Assembly: GCA_976226885.1 (NCBI GenBank)
Contig: OZ320314.1
Location: 97,092,001-97,156,000 of the forward strand
Length of the DNA stretch: 64,000 nucleotides
DNA from: Iphione sp. A-MEVVRFRX5
Taxonomy: Eukaryota
Direction of reading: 5' to 3'
The translations under genes were made by a program, and so were the position numbers. The notes under the pieces are model-generated. The model had not been told where the DNA came from. It searched no databases and was given only the letters and a program-made list of their open reading frames with translations. Below, in pieces: positions 52,501 through 64,000 of this stretch (positions are counted from its first letter, which is position 1; each line of letters begins with the position of its first letter).

Positions 52501-55500
52501 TTAGACATTCCATAGAAGTTCCTATAATGGAATAAGGAAATGCTTCCTGATGTAGAAAGATGGGAAACTGTCAAGTCTACGGTGACGAGGGACTGGGCTT
52601 GGCAAGATGGAGGCAGCCGTTGGTCCCTGAGGTACTTGACATGCCGGTCAATCCTGAGGGTGTTAGATGACTGTAACAAGGTTTGGAGTAGCGTGACATC
52701 TTGGTAGGAAGGGCTGGTACAGCAGGCCAGTGGTCCCAGGTCAATAGCTGTCCCACGCCGTGGCTTGATGCTGCCTCGACAGGTGGCGTGCCAGTGCAGG
52801 CAAAGAGGAAGCAATCAGCGGGACTTCTGGTCAGTGGCGAAAAACAGCTCTAGAAGCTAATACTCACCTGCAGTTACAGGGAAGGCTTTGCAGTGCACCA
52901 TGCACGCTCACGCCCTTAATGAAACAGAAGGGGAAAATGTGACAAAATTGGTCGTCTCGACGAGAAGAGAATGTTATACGGCGGGAGCGATATTAACGGA
53001 TGGCAGTACCAGCGCCATCATAGTATATAGTGATAGAAAGACAAAAAATGTTGCGTGAGAAGCTCAAGTGTCTGAATTAACCATGCAGGATACCGGGATG
53101 AATCATATTCCATAAATTACTCTCAATATATTCCTTCATGCCCATTTCCGTGACTAATGAAGCAGGCAGGAAGCCTTTGGCTATTACATGGATCACCTGT
53201 TAAGAAAACATGTTTTTATATCATAGCAGGGTAGTAAAACCTATGTGAGTTCGGGCAGATTCCCCATGACACTATATGTAGCCTCCCGCAAAGAAATGGC
53301 GGTGATAATGCCGTTCTCCTATATGCTCAAAAAAACTCGAAAATCCCCGGTCATGATAAAAAAAAACAAAAAATCGCCTGGCCGAACTTCAGTGCTCAGC
53401 CATGTGAACTGACATTTTCCTAATACCGAATGAGTGGCACAGGTACAATATTTCTCTGCATTTCACCTGCAACTGGGTTGTAGGTATAGCGCAAAACCTT
53501 TGTAAGTATAAAGAACATTTCCTGATGTGTGAGAGTCATTCAAAAGCTGTACAGATAAACAAAGATGCAGAACTGATTAAGTCTTCAGATAAACTACACT
53601 TAACATGTGTTCGATGTGCTGGTTCTACTGCTGTTATTAGACATTTAGATTTTAGCAAGAATATCAAAGATCATTTTCTCAGAAATCATTTGTAAAAGGG
53701 TTAAAAGCATCACTTCGGTAACGATTAAAGGGAAAATCTCCCTTAGACAACGGCTAAAGGGCTGGTAATATTTTTTTTACCGCTCTGAGGCTCTCCGCTT
53801 CCTATTGATGTGCATACGATCAGCCTTTTTGTATCCTTCGTGCCACGACTGTCAATAGCGTTTGCGTGTGTTTCGAAAGGTGCGCTGAAAAATCTCTCCC
53901 TGTATGGTCATTCAGGGACGTGAACAGGCTTAGGATAGGGTGATAATGACAGTGTATGATGAATGAGTCCCAAGCCTCCTACCCTCCTGCCCTCCCGCTC
54001 CTCCTCTTACCTGCACTCTCCCCTCCCCCTCCTCACCTCATGGCTCGACGGGGTTCTTACTGGTACGCTCGTTAAGCTGGTTCTTTGATGTTTGTCGCCA
54101 CCCGACCCGTGCACAACCTGTATGAAGGCCACAGCGAGAGAGGGAGAGAGAGTCTCCTCCTGCAGCTAGAGAGGCGCAGGTATTATTTTTCTGCTCAATA
54201 TGTCGGGCCAAATTGTTAGTTCTGCCTCACGCGACAGGGGCTAATGATGGCTACAGGGAGAATGGTATTACATCTGAACAAGCACATGTAGGGGAAAAAA
54301 CAACACTGGTTGAGGTTGAGGAGGCTGCTACAGCCACACTGACACGCTTTATCTATGTGGACGCGGCATTTCGGTTGGAACCCAGGGGCGAATCATTATT
54401 TGAAACAAGGCCCGACACGGATTTAATAGTGTCCTCTTTAAAAGGACACCGAAATTTATTACTTGCCACTAAGACCTGCGTAAAGGCATCAGGCCCTCAT
54501 GTAAAACTATGAAGTGCCAATCACGGAGGACAGTGTTGACGTTTTTAAAGGTTTGCCCTTCAGTTGATGCATTGGGCTGTCATCGACGGCGCGCGTAACC
54601 AAGGTAACCGTGAAGGTAACCCCTGCCCCGCCTCTCATATTTTCCCAGCCCCCAAGGCTCTCCGGTGAACAGCCGCAGGTGGCAGAGCGAGTGGACACGG
54701 AGTCATGGCTACAGGCGCGGGATCAGAGGTCGGGGGGACCGGGTTTGTGGAGGTTGTGGAGGGTGGCCGGTCAGGGCTCGCTAACTCAGGTGGTACGGAG
54801 AGCACGCCCAAAGCGGGGTGGGCTTGGACGTGTCCGAGCACTGTGCCTGACCTTTCCTATCCTAATGGCCATCCCTGATGACAGCCACCTCCATGCTTTC
54901 ACACCCACCACAGAGTGGCGGGCAGACCGACTCTAAATACGGTACTGCTGACAGCCAGGGCGCCCCTTGCAAGTGCTGCAGTGCCGTATAACATACACAC
55001 ATTCAACGTGTTCGACAGCTTAACCTGATAGAGAAAAAAAAAACCACTGACACGACACGTTGCTACCGAAATAACCAGTCCGGTAACGCTGATCAATGTT
55101 TACCACTTGCAGTGCTCCTTATTTGGAGAATGGCGCAGGCTTGTACTCTTCCCGCAAATTGCTTGGGACCCCTCGTCAGTGACGAGAACTTATTTGAGTG
55201 GTAGCTTTCGAGATGCACCGCATCGACTGATATGTTACTTAACAACAGGGGTGGGAGCACCTTATAAGACGCCCTCCTAATGAAAAAGGCCAAGTGTGGG
55301 AAGGGAGGGCATGAAAAGCTCGGGATGGCAATTCTTATGAAATATGATCAAGCTGTTGTTTTAGCTACACGTCGAGACGGACTTGTGTTGGCGCAGCTGT
55401 GGAATGGCCTCCAAAGAAAACGAAAGGGCGCGCTGCGGACGCGGTCGAGCCGCTGGTCCTGCCCATCTCGCGTTGCTCAGGGCCTGGTGGTCAGTCCATT

Positions 55501-55949
55501 AGCTGCAGGGCTTTGGGTTCGAGGATTCCAGCCCCGAGGGTGAACCCATCACGGGGCAGAAGAAAGATAAACACCAGCCTGAGACTGGATGACGCAGGCT
55601 GGTGGTTGGTCGCCTCGTTCACCCTGGAGAGTTAGGATGAAGGATGCCAGCCTTAGTCAAGGCGTCAGACCACCCATCATCACCCGCTGTAAGTAGTAGT
55701 AGTGACCGCTAGTGAGCTACAGTGACCACCGCTCCGTGGTATCTTAATTACCTTGATTAACCTCCAACTTATCTACGCCCACTTCACTCAGCACCCCTCG
55801 GTTGAGTTCTCCAGGGAGGACCACCACTCTGCTATCAGCAATCCATTGGGGGATCAGGCCAGACAGACAGCCATAACAACGTCTCCCAAGTCATCCGAGA
55901 AAGTCCCCTACCAGGCAACGCTAATCACTTCCATGGGCGGCTGATAATT

Positions 55950-56240
55950 CTGGAGATAATCCAAGGCAACACTGACGCGCTTTTCACTTTAATCGATGTG
56001 GGCCATCTTTTGTTTTTTGTCAAAAGGACATTATTAGCGAGCAACAATCCTTTCTCTTCGTTTCTTATCATATCTGTGACAGAGATCTCGATGTCTTCAT
56101 AGAGATTGGATCCTTCTTCAGTAAAGACTCATAGGAGTCTTCCAAACATGTCGTATTAAGAATGGAAAAGTGGAAGTTTCAAGGACGATATGAACAAATC
56201 TGCAGCTTGAGACTAAAGCTTATCTCAGATTGTTGATAAC
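55950..56240 (-). mobile_element. Possible decayed RTE-like LINE fragment
   Basis: The minus-strand piece NLYEDIEISVTDMIR resembles the RTE motif ELYG.LP.ISD.IR. Multiple stops and frameshifts. Confidence 0.25.
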
Positions 56241-57008
56241 AAAGAGGTAATTTTTATGGAATGACCGCCAATTTTACATTGTTAGACTCAGAAAGGATTA
56301 CTTGGCGACCATACTCGTAGCTGTGAGCTCGTTCGTGATGGTGATAGTGTTGAACTGTTTCCTGTTGGTACTGGCGCTGCCACCTGGGAGGGGCTGTGGT
56401 GTCGGTGGACATCAAGCTGAAACCTAAAAGACGACTGTTCACATCAGTTTAAAGGAGAGTACAAGCAGAGCCTCCACACCTACTCGTACATGTGTTCACT
56501 GCTCATACCAATGTGAAATACACTGAATGCTGATATCGTATTTGATATATCAAAATATTTTGTAGGCTTTAAGAACATAATATGTCATGCTGTTTCTGTA
56601 CCATGATATTAACTTTTGGTTGTGTTGCCCTATTTTGGTACTTCACCTGAGGAGGTTTTGTCTTCAGGCAGACACAGTTGCCTCATGAGACAGATGCCCG
56701 CCACGCATGCGCTGTGGGATGTGCCAACACGAGGAGGAAACCCCAGGGGCACTACATCTGGTTGGCCATGCCAGCCCGCAGGACCCTGGTCTGTAGAAGG
56801 GAAAGAAAATAAATCAAGTTGAACTGCCAAAGGAAACAGCATCAACAGCGAACCAAAAATACGAAAGAAAAGATGAAAAAAAGGAAAGGGCCCATGGATC
56901 ACCCGGGGGCCGTACCACGTCGTTCACTCCTTCAGAGAAACGACAAAGAGCGTCCAATGACTATTTGTTGGCTCTTTGGTAACAGTACGGACTTACCCGA
57001 AATGAACG

Positions 57009-57084
57009 CACCACCACCACCATCATTACCACCAACAACACAACCAACACTACCAACACCACCAACACCACCATCGATACCAAC
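57009..57084. repeat. (CAC/CAA)n low-complexity repeat
   Basis: caccaccaccaccatcattaccaccaacaacacaaccaacactaccaacaccaccaacaccacc. Confidence 0.85.
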
Positions 57085-57175
57085 ATAAACCAGCACGTCC
57101 CGCCAGGGTGCAAGGATTCACGCTTCATCTCGTCCAATGACATGACCACGCGAGACATGTCGTTCTAGGTTAGGA

Positions 57176-57189
57176 CGGAAGCGGAAGTG
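57176..57189 (+). promoter_or_regulatory. Tandem ETS (GABP-type) motif
   Basis: CGGAAGCGGAAGTG in a CpG-rich patch 1.4 kb upstream of the discoidin exon. Confidence 0.4.
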
Positions 57190-58587
57190 AAACCGCCTCG
57201 CGGCACTCGACGGAAACGTGCGCAGAGTTAGTGGTTGGTGACGTTAACCCGCTGGACCTGAATCAACAACAGTGCAGCCAGAGGAACCCTTCAAAAAGGA
57301 GGAATAAAACAGTGCGAGGGGAAAACACACGGACAGAAAACAGTTCCTTTAACGTTGAGTCATTGTTGTTCATTGATCCAGCTTGAGTCGCTCAAAGCTG
57401 GAGGGTTTGTTACCAGATTGCTGATATTTAACCTCGGACAAGAATTTATTTAGGATTTTCAAGAACTGTTCCAAGCCTAATGCCTATAGCATCTTAGCTA
57501 TTTAATTTTCTGACGTATCCCATCGAAAATGTATAAAGATTCAGAACTTCACTGTTGATTTTGACCTCTTTAGTGGTACATGTATGTACAACAGAATAAG
57601 GAGATCAAGATGTAGAATGGTTGATTATTCATTCTTTGTAGCACTTAGCTAGGCATGAAATAGGAAATGTGGTCATTTAATGGGTAGTAATCAACTTTTG
57701 AATAAATGAGCCCCACAAACTGGATACTATAGAGGCCAACTGGAAATTGAAATGATTTTGTATACATTTATATTCCTAGTTATTCATTCAGCGTGTTCTA
57801 TTATTTAACCAATGCCTAAATTCCGCCTCGTTTGACAGCGTGGCCGCCACCACCAACGAAACAGTAATTTCATTCACCTTTTGAAACTTGAGTAGATTAA
57901 GAGAGTTCCATACAAAAGCACTAAAACAGAATGTTTACACACGCTGATGTCTCTTTCCATCACCTCATATATATGAAATATAAACATAGATACAGATGCA
58001 AAAATTGTCCCCTTGATTCAGGCCATAGGTGCCTTTAAAACTGACCTTGCATATCTCGATTCCTAGTTTCAAAATCACCAGTGCCTTCCTCTTTGGTTGA
58101 CCTTACAGGCGTCCAGGGTCATGGGAGGCACGCTGCAAAGGCGGATGAGCGTCTGGGCGACGTCAAATGAGATTAGTATAGCTGGAGTAAAGGGAGACAT
58201 AAGTTGAAATGTGAGGGCATGGGCACTGTGTTGTACATGATGTACTCTGATTAATTGGAAAAATGTGAGAAATAACATTTAAAAAAATTCATTTACATTG
58301 ATTCTTATGCGGATGTTTTACGAGCTAACTTAGTAACCATCTTTGGTTCTACGTGTACATTTGATAAGCTAGAACTGCCATTACCTAAGCATGTTTTTAC
58401 ATAAGGAGAATACTATGCTCTTAAGGAAATGCATTTTGATATCTGTTACATACTTTAACGGATACACCGTTTGCTAGGATGTCTAAACAAGTACATGTAC
58501 CATGTCAACCGTTCTTAAATTCAGTTAAATTCGTATAAAAAAGTGTTATCTTCGGCTATAAAATATGATGTTTTTATTTACTTTCAG

Positions 58588-58693
58588 CCCAATGTCGAGT
58601 GTCGCTTGGCATGCAGTCTGGAGAGATCCCAGATGAAGCCATCACGTCGAGCTCCTCCTACGACCCGGACAGCGTGGGACCCGAGAACGCACG
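58588..58693 (+). CDS. DDR: Internal coding exon (106 nt, phase 1 to phase 2) encoding the N-terminal part of a discoidin/F5-8 type C domain; most likely a discoidin domain receptor tyrosine kinase
   Basis: Acceptor tttttatttactttcAG|, donor ACG|gtagga. Hand translation: x-QCRVSLGMQSGEIPDEAITSSSSYDPDSVGPENA-R. It fits the discoidin start motif C..xLGM.xg.IPD..I.aSS. About 16 of 35 positions match human DDR1 as I recall it ([34 protein letters not shown]), and SSSYD..SVGP.NAR is typical of invertebrate DDRs. The domain call is firmer (about 0.9) than DDR orthology (about 0.7), because other F5/8C proteins start similarly. This frame is absent from the supplied ORF track. Confidence 0.85.
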
Positions 58694-59149
58694 GTAGGAC
58701 TACATGTTCCCTTGTCGTAGTCATCGTCGTCTACAGTCTCCCCGCTGCGCCCCAGTTCCTCATCTGCCCTTCAATTCATGTTTGCCATCAGTTCATTCTT
58801 CCTTCCCGTTTGATGATTTATCGTCACTTCTGTCAATAGCCTGCTGTTAAAATGTCCGGAGCACACTTTACCTCCACCCAGCGCATCCCAAAGTCAGCTT
58901 TAATCAATATTTATTGAAATCAAGCGGCGCCACCATCGGCAGATAGAAAGACGCGAAAGGCAGCGTATTTGTTGTGAATGGCAGAATGGCAATTGGATGA
59001 TTTATGCTAGAATTATCGCATTTTCTTGGACTGAGGAGCTGTGTCCTTTAGGCCTCCCCACAGGTGAAAGTCGGAAATAAATACTTCGCGAGAGACATTA
59101 AAGCATTGTTACTTAACAGGCAGATAATTGATTTATTTGAGACAGGACT

Positions 59150-59950
59150 AGAGCAGTATGAAAGCTTTTATTAGGCCGAAAGGAGACCCAGTCGACGGGT
59201 TCCAAGGGTTTTAATATCATCAATAAGTTTTATCTCTTTAGCCTAACATTTCCCTTGCTCGTATCGGCCTTGGGAAATGACCTCTCCATTGATTTCATTG
59301 CACAGATTCCCCACCAATTCCTGACTGGAGAACCAATATGAGAAGGCGATTTTCATCGATTAACCAAATATTCAAAGCATTATTTGCACTCTCCGCCACG
59401 GTATTGCTTGCATTGAGGTCCACTGTGGTTGGTTTTCATTCAGTTATGCTCGTCCTTCTAAACAGTAAGCACACAGACCTCTAGATAGCCTTTAAAATAT
59501 TTGGATGTCCTTTCTCTAATTCAGGCGGTGGAATTTCTTGTTCGCCTACAATTTGTTATAAACGGTTGTATTTCGTTTATCTTGGCGAATTCTGTAATAT
59601 AGATCTTCTCAATTGTTCTGCCATAATTACTACATAATGAACATTGTCCAGCTTATCCGTTAATAGATTAAATAGTTGAAGGTTTTTGCCTCCCTTCTTA
59701 CATTTCGTACCGGAACAGTATGCGGAGAACATAACGAGACATCCGAGACTAGATGGATTGTGGATGACTGATGTTTGTAATGGCTCACCGGAATAATTTC
59801 CTATTTATGTCATTATTCCGTCTGTTTCTGACGGTTCAGTACTCATCTTGTAAAATAGGTCCTTTGATAAAACTCTAATGTTGATCTAATTATAATTCCT
59901 TGTTCGGTCTTTGTGATGTGTTCTATTCCGTGAAAGGATTTATAGAAAAC
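59150..59950 (-). mobile_element. Possible decayed LINE ORF2 fragment (region upstream of the RT core)
   Basis: A-rich minus strand. Fragments LIDE....VLQSG and LCNE.NGE resemble RTE-type G.D.IP.EVW.SG...VCN...NG. Many stops. Confidence 0.3.
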
Positions 59951-62900
59951 ATTAAATGATGGGAGTGGCTTCTTGAAAGTACATGTATTTATAGTCAGAA
60001 ACACGAATTTGACAATATTTATACTTATTCATCCATTCTGAACAGATATCAGGTGAACATATGGGCATTACGTGTGTAGTATCGTACTACACACTTGGCT
60101 AGTTTGTATAATCCACTAGTTAAACAAAGTAAATGTAATTCCAGTTGCCAAAGACTGGGGAGGGAGGGGGTTTGCATAAGACCTAGCAGGACCGAATACC
60201 ACCCTCTCGCTCCATTCCCAGGCATTATTCCGTTCGCCTGATTACATAACACAGGATGTACATGTCATCACGTGAGGGCGATCATCTGAAGAAACATTAT
60301 CGTGCTACCGCCCCCGGGTAGTGGTGTCTCAAACACCCGCCTACAAGTGCACGAGACGTTGTTCTTCGACTGCATGAACATGCCTTGACAGTTCTAAGCT
60401 TTGCATGTGAAAGGCCTCTAACAGGCTCGCATATATCAAATGTACGCTTCTTATGACAAGTCGGGGGCACTTTTAACATGAAATTTCAACAAATCCTAAA
60501 CTTCTTGCGCCATTTTCATGAACATTTCGTGTCGGTGAATACGTGGCCAAAGGTAATACGTTCTGGAGTAACAGGACCGCCAAAGATGTGTATGAAGAGT
60601 TATCCTGTTTCCTCACATACAAGGAGAAGAAGAATGTTGGATGTCCAAAAAGAAAAAGCTGAATGAAAGGGAAAGTAACATTCTGTAAAGATAGCATTTG
60701 AATATCATTCACCGCTGCGGGCACTATCGATCTATCGTGACATAAACAACCGTTCTTTTTTGTTATTGGGGTATTTTATGCATTACTCGGATGTATCGAA
60801 AAAAATGTCACATAGTTATTTTTGTTCTCTCCTCACCCATATGCACTCGTGGGAGGAAGGGGGTAGGAATTTGATTGAATAAGGCACACATTAATTTGAA
60901 GGAAATTACTCAGAAAAAGCAGCTATTTAGCATCGATTTTAAATCAAATTGTTCCTTTTGCTAAGTAGCATCGTCCGTGAAAGCGAAACAATCTATATGT
61001 TTTCATTTCAGCTGACAGGTTTAGAACGCCATTTCTTGAGTAATTGATATACGCAAACACCATATTATAGAGGATAAGATTACTCTGTATGCCGTTAGTA
61101 ATTAGGTAAATCCAGTGTTCCACTTATGCACATTGAAATCTACTTTCCAGTGGGAGAACTATTCACAAGCTCTGAACATCATTCAAAGACTGCCCATCAG
61201 GCTGCACAGATGCTTCCATAAAGAATCTCGCCTTATCAATTGCCTTTTCAGTCGTATTTGGAAGCCATCTGACAGAGTAACAGGAAATGAAAACAGGCTA
61301 GATTTGAGAAGATTTATTTCGAGAGAATAATGTCGAAATAAGCCCCAGCTGAAGGATGTAGAAAATTACTGCCACATTCGATATCCTATTGGGGCGTGAA
61401 GCCCCCTAAGGGTTGATCTTTATGATAGACGGTAGGCACATTCCGGAGCTGAGCCTCTTTCGCCCGAGGCTGTGTATCCAGAGAGAAAGGTGCTTCAGAA
61501 CCACAGGACCAGCTTGTGCTTGTGTTGGCTCCTTGTCACCGGCGTGAGGGATACACACTCCTAGCGCCCGACCATTGCCTCCAGGGCAGCCAGCCCTCGT
61601 CCGATTTCACCGTGTTATCTCAATAACCCCCTGAAGAACCCTTCTTGCAAAGTCCCACCCGTAACCTGACAGAGGAAAGCCGACAACCGCCCGACGTCGA
61701 GCCGCCCACAGTGTCACCGCGGGCAAACACTGAGGTCGGTATAGATATAATCTTAGAGAAATCCGCCGCCAACTGTTGACACTTTATAGGAAAGCATAGC
61801 TATTTCACATAAAGATTTTGGATCATTTGGGTTATGGCTTGAATGGGACAAACCCTCGGGTATGATAGTTATACATTGATTGGATAAAGATACAGATGGT
61901 CATGTGCATTTCGTGAAGGAGCCTTAAAGAATGCGGGACAAATGTCATACCCGGAGCAATCTGGTCTGTGTGCACAACTGGCCTTAGTGAGATGTGAAAT
62001 TGGCAATGACTGGCCATTGTGATAACCAGACGCGACCGCCCAATGCCTGTCGCCGTTCCGCTCCCTAGAAAAACAGCCGACTACCCCGGAGGCAATCAGC
62101 AGAGGAGACTTTCAGACAGACACTGGCGTCGCCGGAAAAATACTCCAACACCCCTATATACATTCAGGTGCACAGAATAATATTTCAATCCACAGTAGGT
62201 CTTGTTTTTGTAACACTTTGGGTGTCCTTTTTTAGGCAGATCGTTTGATATGGACTTCATACGTCTATGTTGAGTCCTTTTTTCTACAAAACGTTTCTGT
62301 GATGCCATTTAGAGGTATACAAAGGATAAGATAGCATGCGCTTCAATGTAGAATACTCAGCAGGATGCTGTTCTTGGGATGGATAGAAAGCAAACATCCA
62401 TTAAGTAAAGATCTGTGGGCTAGCCTTGGTTTCGGTAGAGATATAGATATCTAGCATAGATGTAAATAGAATGAGTGCACTCAATGAATATTGCAAACTA
62501 TATCATCTGCGTTTTGCAGAACTTTCGCATGCTGGGGCTGCACGAGGTTATTTTTTAATCTTCCTTAATTGGCAGGAAACTCTTTTGTGAGCGGCCAGTG
62601 GCCAGGCCTTGAATGTGGCGAAAAAGATCTGTTTGTGAGTTGTATAGGGACGTTCCGGCCTGTGAACGCTATTGGGAAGCCTGGATTGTGGTGTAATCTC
62701 GGCTAGATTTCCCCCGGGCCCACTTTGCTCTGTGCCCGCTTGCCGCTTGGCGCATACAGGCTGCGGGTCTCGGCCGGGCGCACCGCACACAGCTAAAACT
62801 CAACCGTTTCGCCCGAGTCTCCCCCACCCACTCCCCCAACCAGCACAGAGCCTACTGTGCTGTATTGTATCTCACTTCTGGCGAGCTCCCCACGGTGCGG

Positions 62901-64000
62901 CCGGTAGTGAACATGCGGAAGCGAGTAAACCATACTTAGATAGATCGAGTGATGATGGTCGTATCGATGGAAGGGAGGACTACATTAGAAACACACAGAG
63001 TAATGCAAACATGAAAGATTGGGAATCATGGGGTTAATCTTAAAGAGCCCAACTACCGTACAGGTGCCACCTTTCTCCAAAGCCGCTCTGGCGCTGGGCC
63101 TTTTCCCAGTGATTTAATGAAGACAATCAACATTCAGGCCCTGTGCAGTGACCATCCTTCAAGGAGGTCGTCCTTCACATTGTTATGCAGTAAGCACAAC
63201 ACAATTGCCAATCCCACCTCCTTTCTTTCCTACTTCACACCAACCAAGATCCCATTCACATGGCCAAGACCTACATGTTGACCACTACCCACATTTCGGC
63301 TCCTCTGTTTGGCCTGGGAAAACTGTGTCACTCCAGCAAAAACACATTGCAGAATGTTTAGCCTAGGATCGATGTATAATTGCAGCAATTTGATTTTAAT
63401 TAAAGAGTAAAGAAGATGAGCTCCAAGATGATCAATGTGCTCTCAGAAAAAAGGTGATGAAGAGCCGTATGGATTGGAAGTTATAGAAGTGTTTCTTGGC
63501 TGACGACAGGCAGAAATAGGTGGGTGGATGGTGTCGGTGGTGCACGTGCGCGACCTGTAGAGCGTGAGAGCGACCTGCGGATCTGTCAATAGGTCATTGG
63601 ATCAGCCAGGGATCCCCTCGGATAAGAGAGACGCGCACAATGGCCTGCGCGGGTGATTACTAGGGCATCAGCTCCAGCCGCATCACCGGCACCGTGGCAA
63701 GCTCAAACAACGAGCGTGGTGGACTGTCACTTTATTCCTCGTCTCCTCAGCCAGGGCTTCTTGCCTGCAGCTTGTGCCCCCCTCCCGGTCGCTGTTCGAT
63801 GTTGTTTGATTGGTCAGAGATTATAATCCTATCATCGGCGCTTTCTCTACGCCAGCAGAAACTAGCACACGTCCGGATTCCTTTATTGCAATTTTTTCTC
63901 CGCCCTTTCTCTCGCAAATCTGTAACAGGAGTGTGGCGCTGGGCCCGGTGATGCGTGCTGCAAGTATTCAGATCAGATAGAGCCTACCCGGGCGTGAAGC

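Noticed and set aside
63700-63740. SNNERGGLS as a possible next DDR exon (RL..E.GGGAWCP)
   Set aside because: No acceptor site and no AWCP motif.
1-64000. Prokaryotic or viral systems (operons, defence islands, terminators, rRNA/tRNA)
   Set aside because: No long ORFs, no operon structure and no structural RNA signatures; the sequence is spliceosomal-intron-type animal DNA.

Overview
This is animal genomic DNA, not prokaryotic: there are no operons, rRNA, tRNA or CRISPR arrays, and the ORF track is almost all short chance ORFs. The mid-range GC content, retained CpG-rich patches and at least 12 copies of TACATGTA suggest an invertebrate deuterostome, probably amphioxus (Branchiostoma); this is an inference. 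I can support one coding exon firmly: 58588-58693 (+), reading (A)QCRVSLGMQSGEIPDEAITSSSSYDPDSVGPENAR. This is the start of a discoidin (F5/8 type C) domain, most like discoidin domain receptor (DDR) tyrosine kinases. The window is therefore mostly the upstream region and long 5' introns of a probable DDR gene whose remaining exons lie beyond the right edge. The rest is regulatory-type sequence, microsatellites, a 31-bp minisatellite, a Harbinger/Tourist-like MITE, decayed LINE-like fragments and a 129-N gap. The main leads are: (1) a recursive-splice-type junction (pyrimidine tract-CAG|GTAAGT, 39086/39087) followed by a 43-nt exon-like segment with its own GTAAGT donor, matching the vertebrate RS-exon layout; (2) six exact and two near CTCF core motifs, all on the + strand, between 5 and 38.5 kb; (3) a frame-consistent three-exon model for the DDR N-terminus; (4) candidate antisense exons in the intron. 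All four are sequence-only hypotheses that need RNA or chromatin data.
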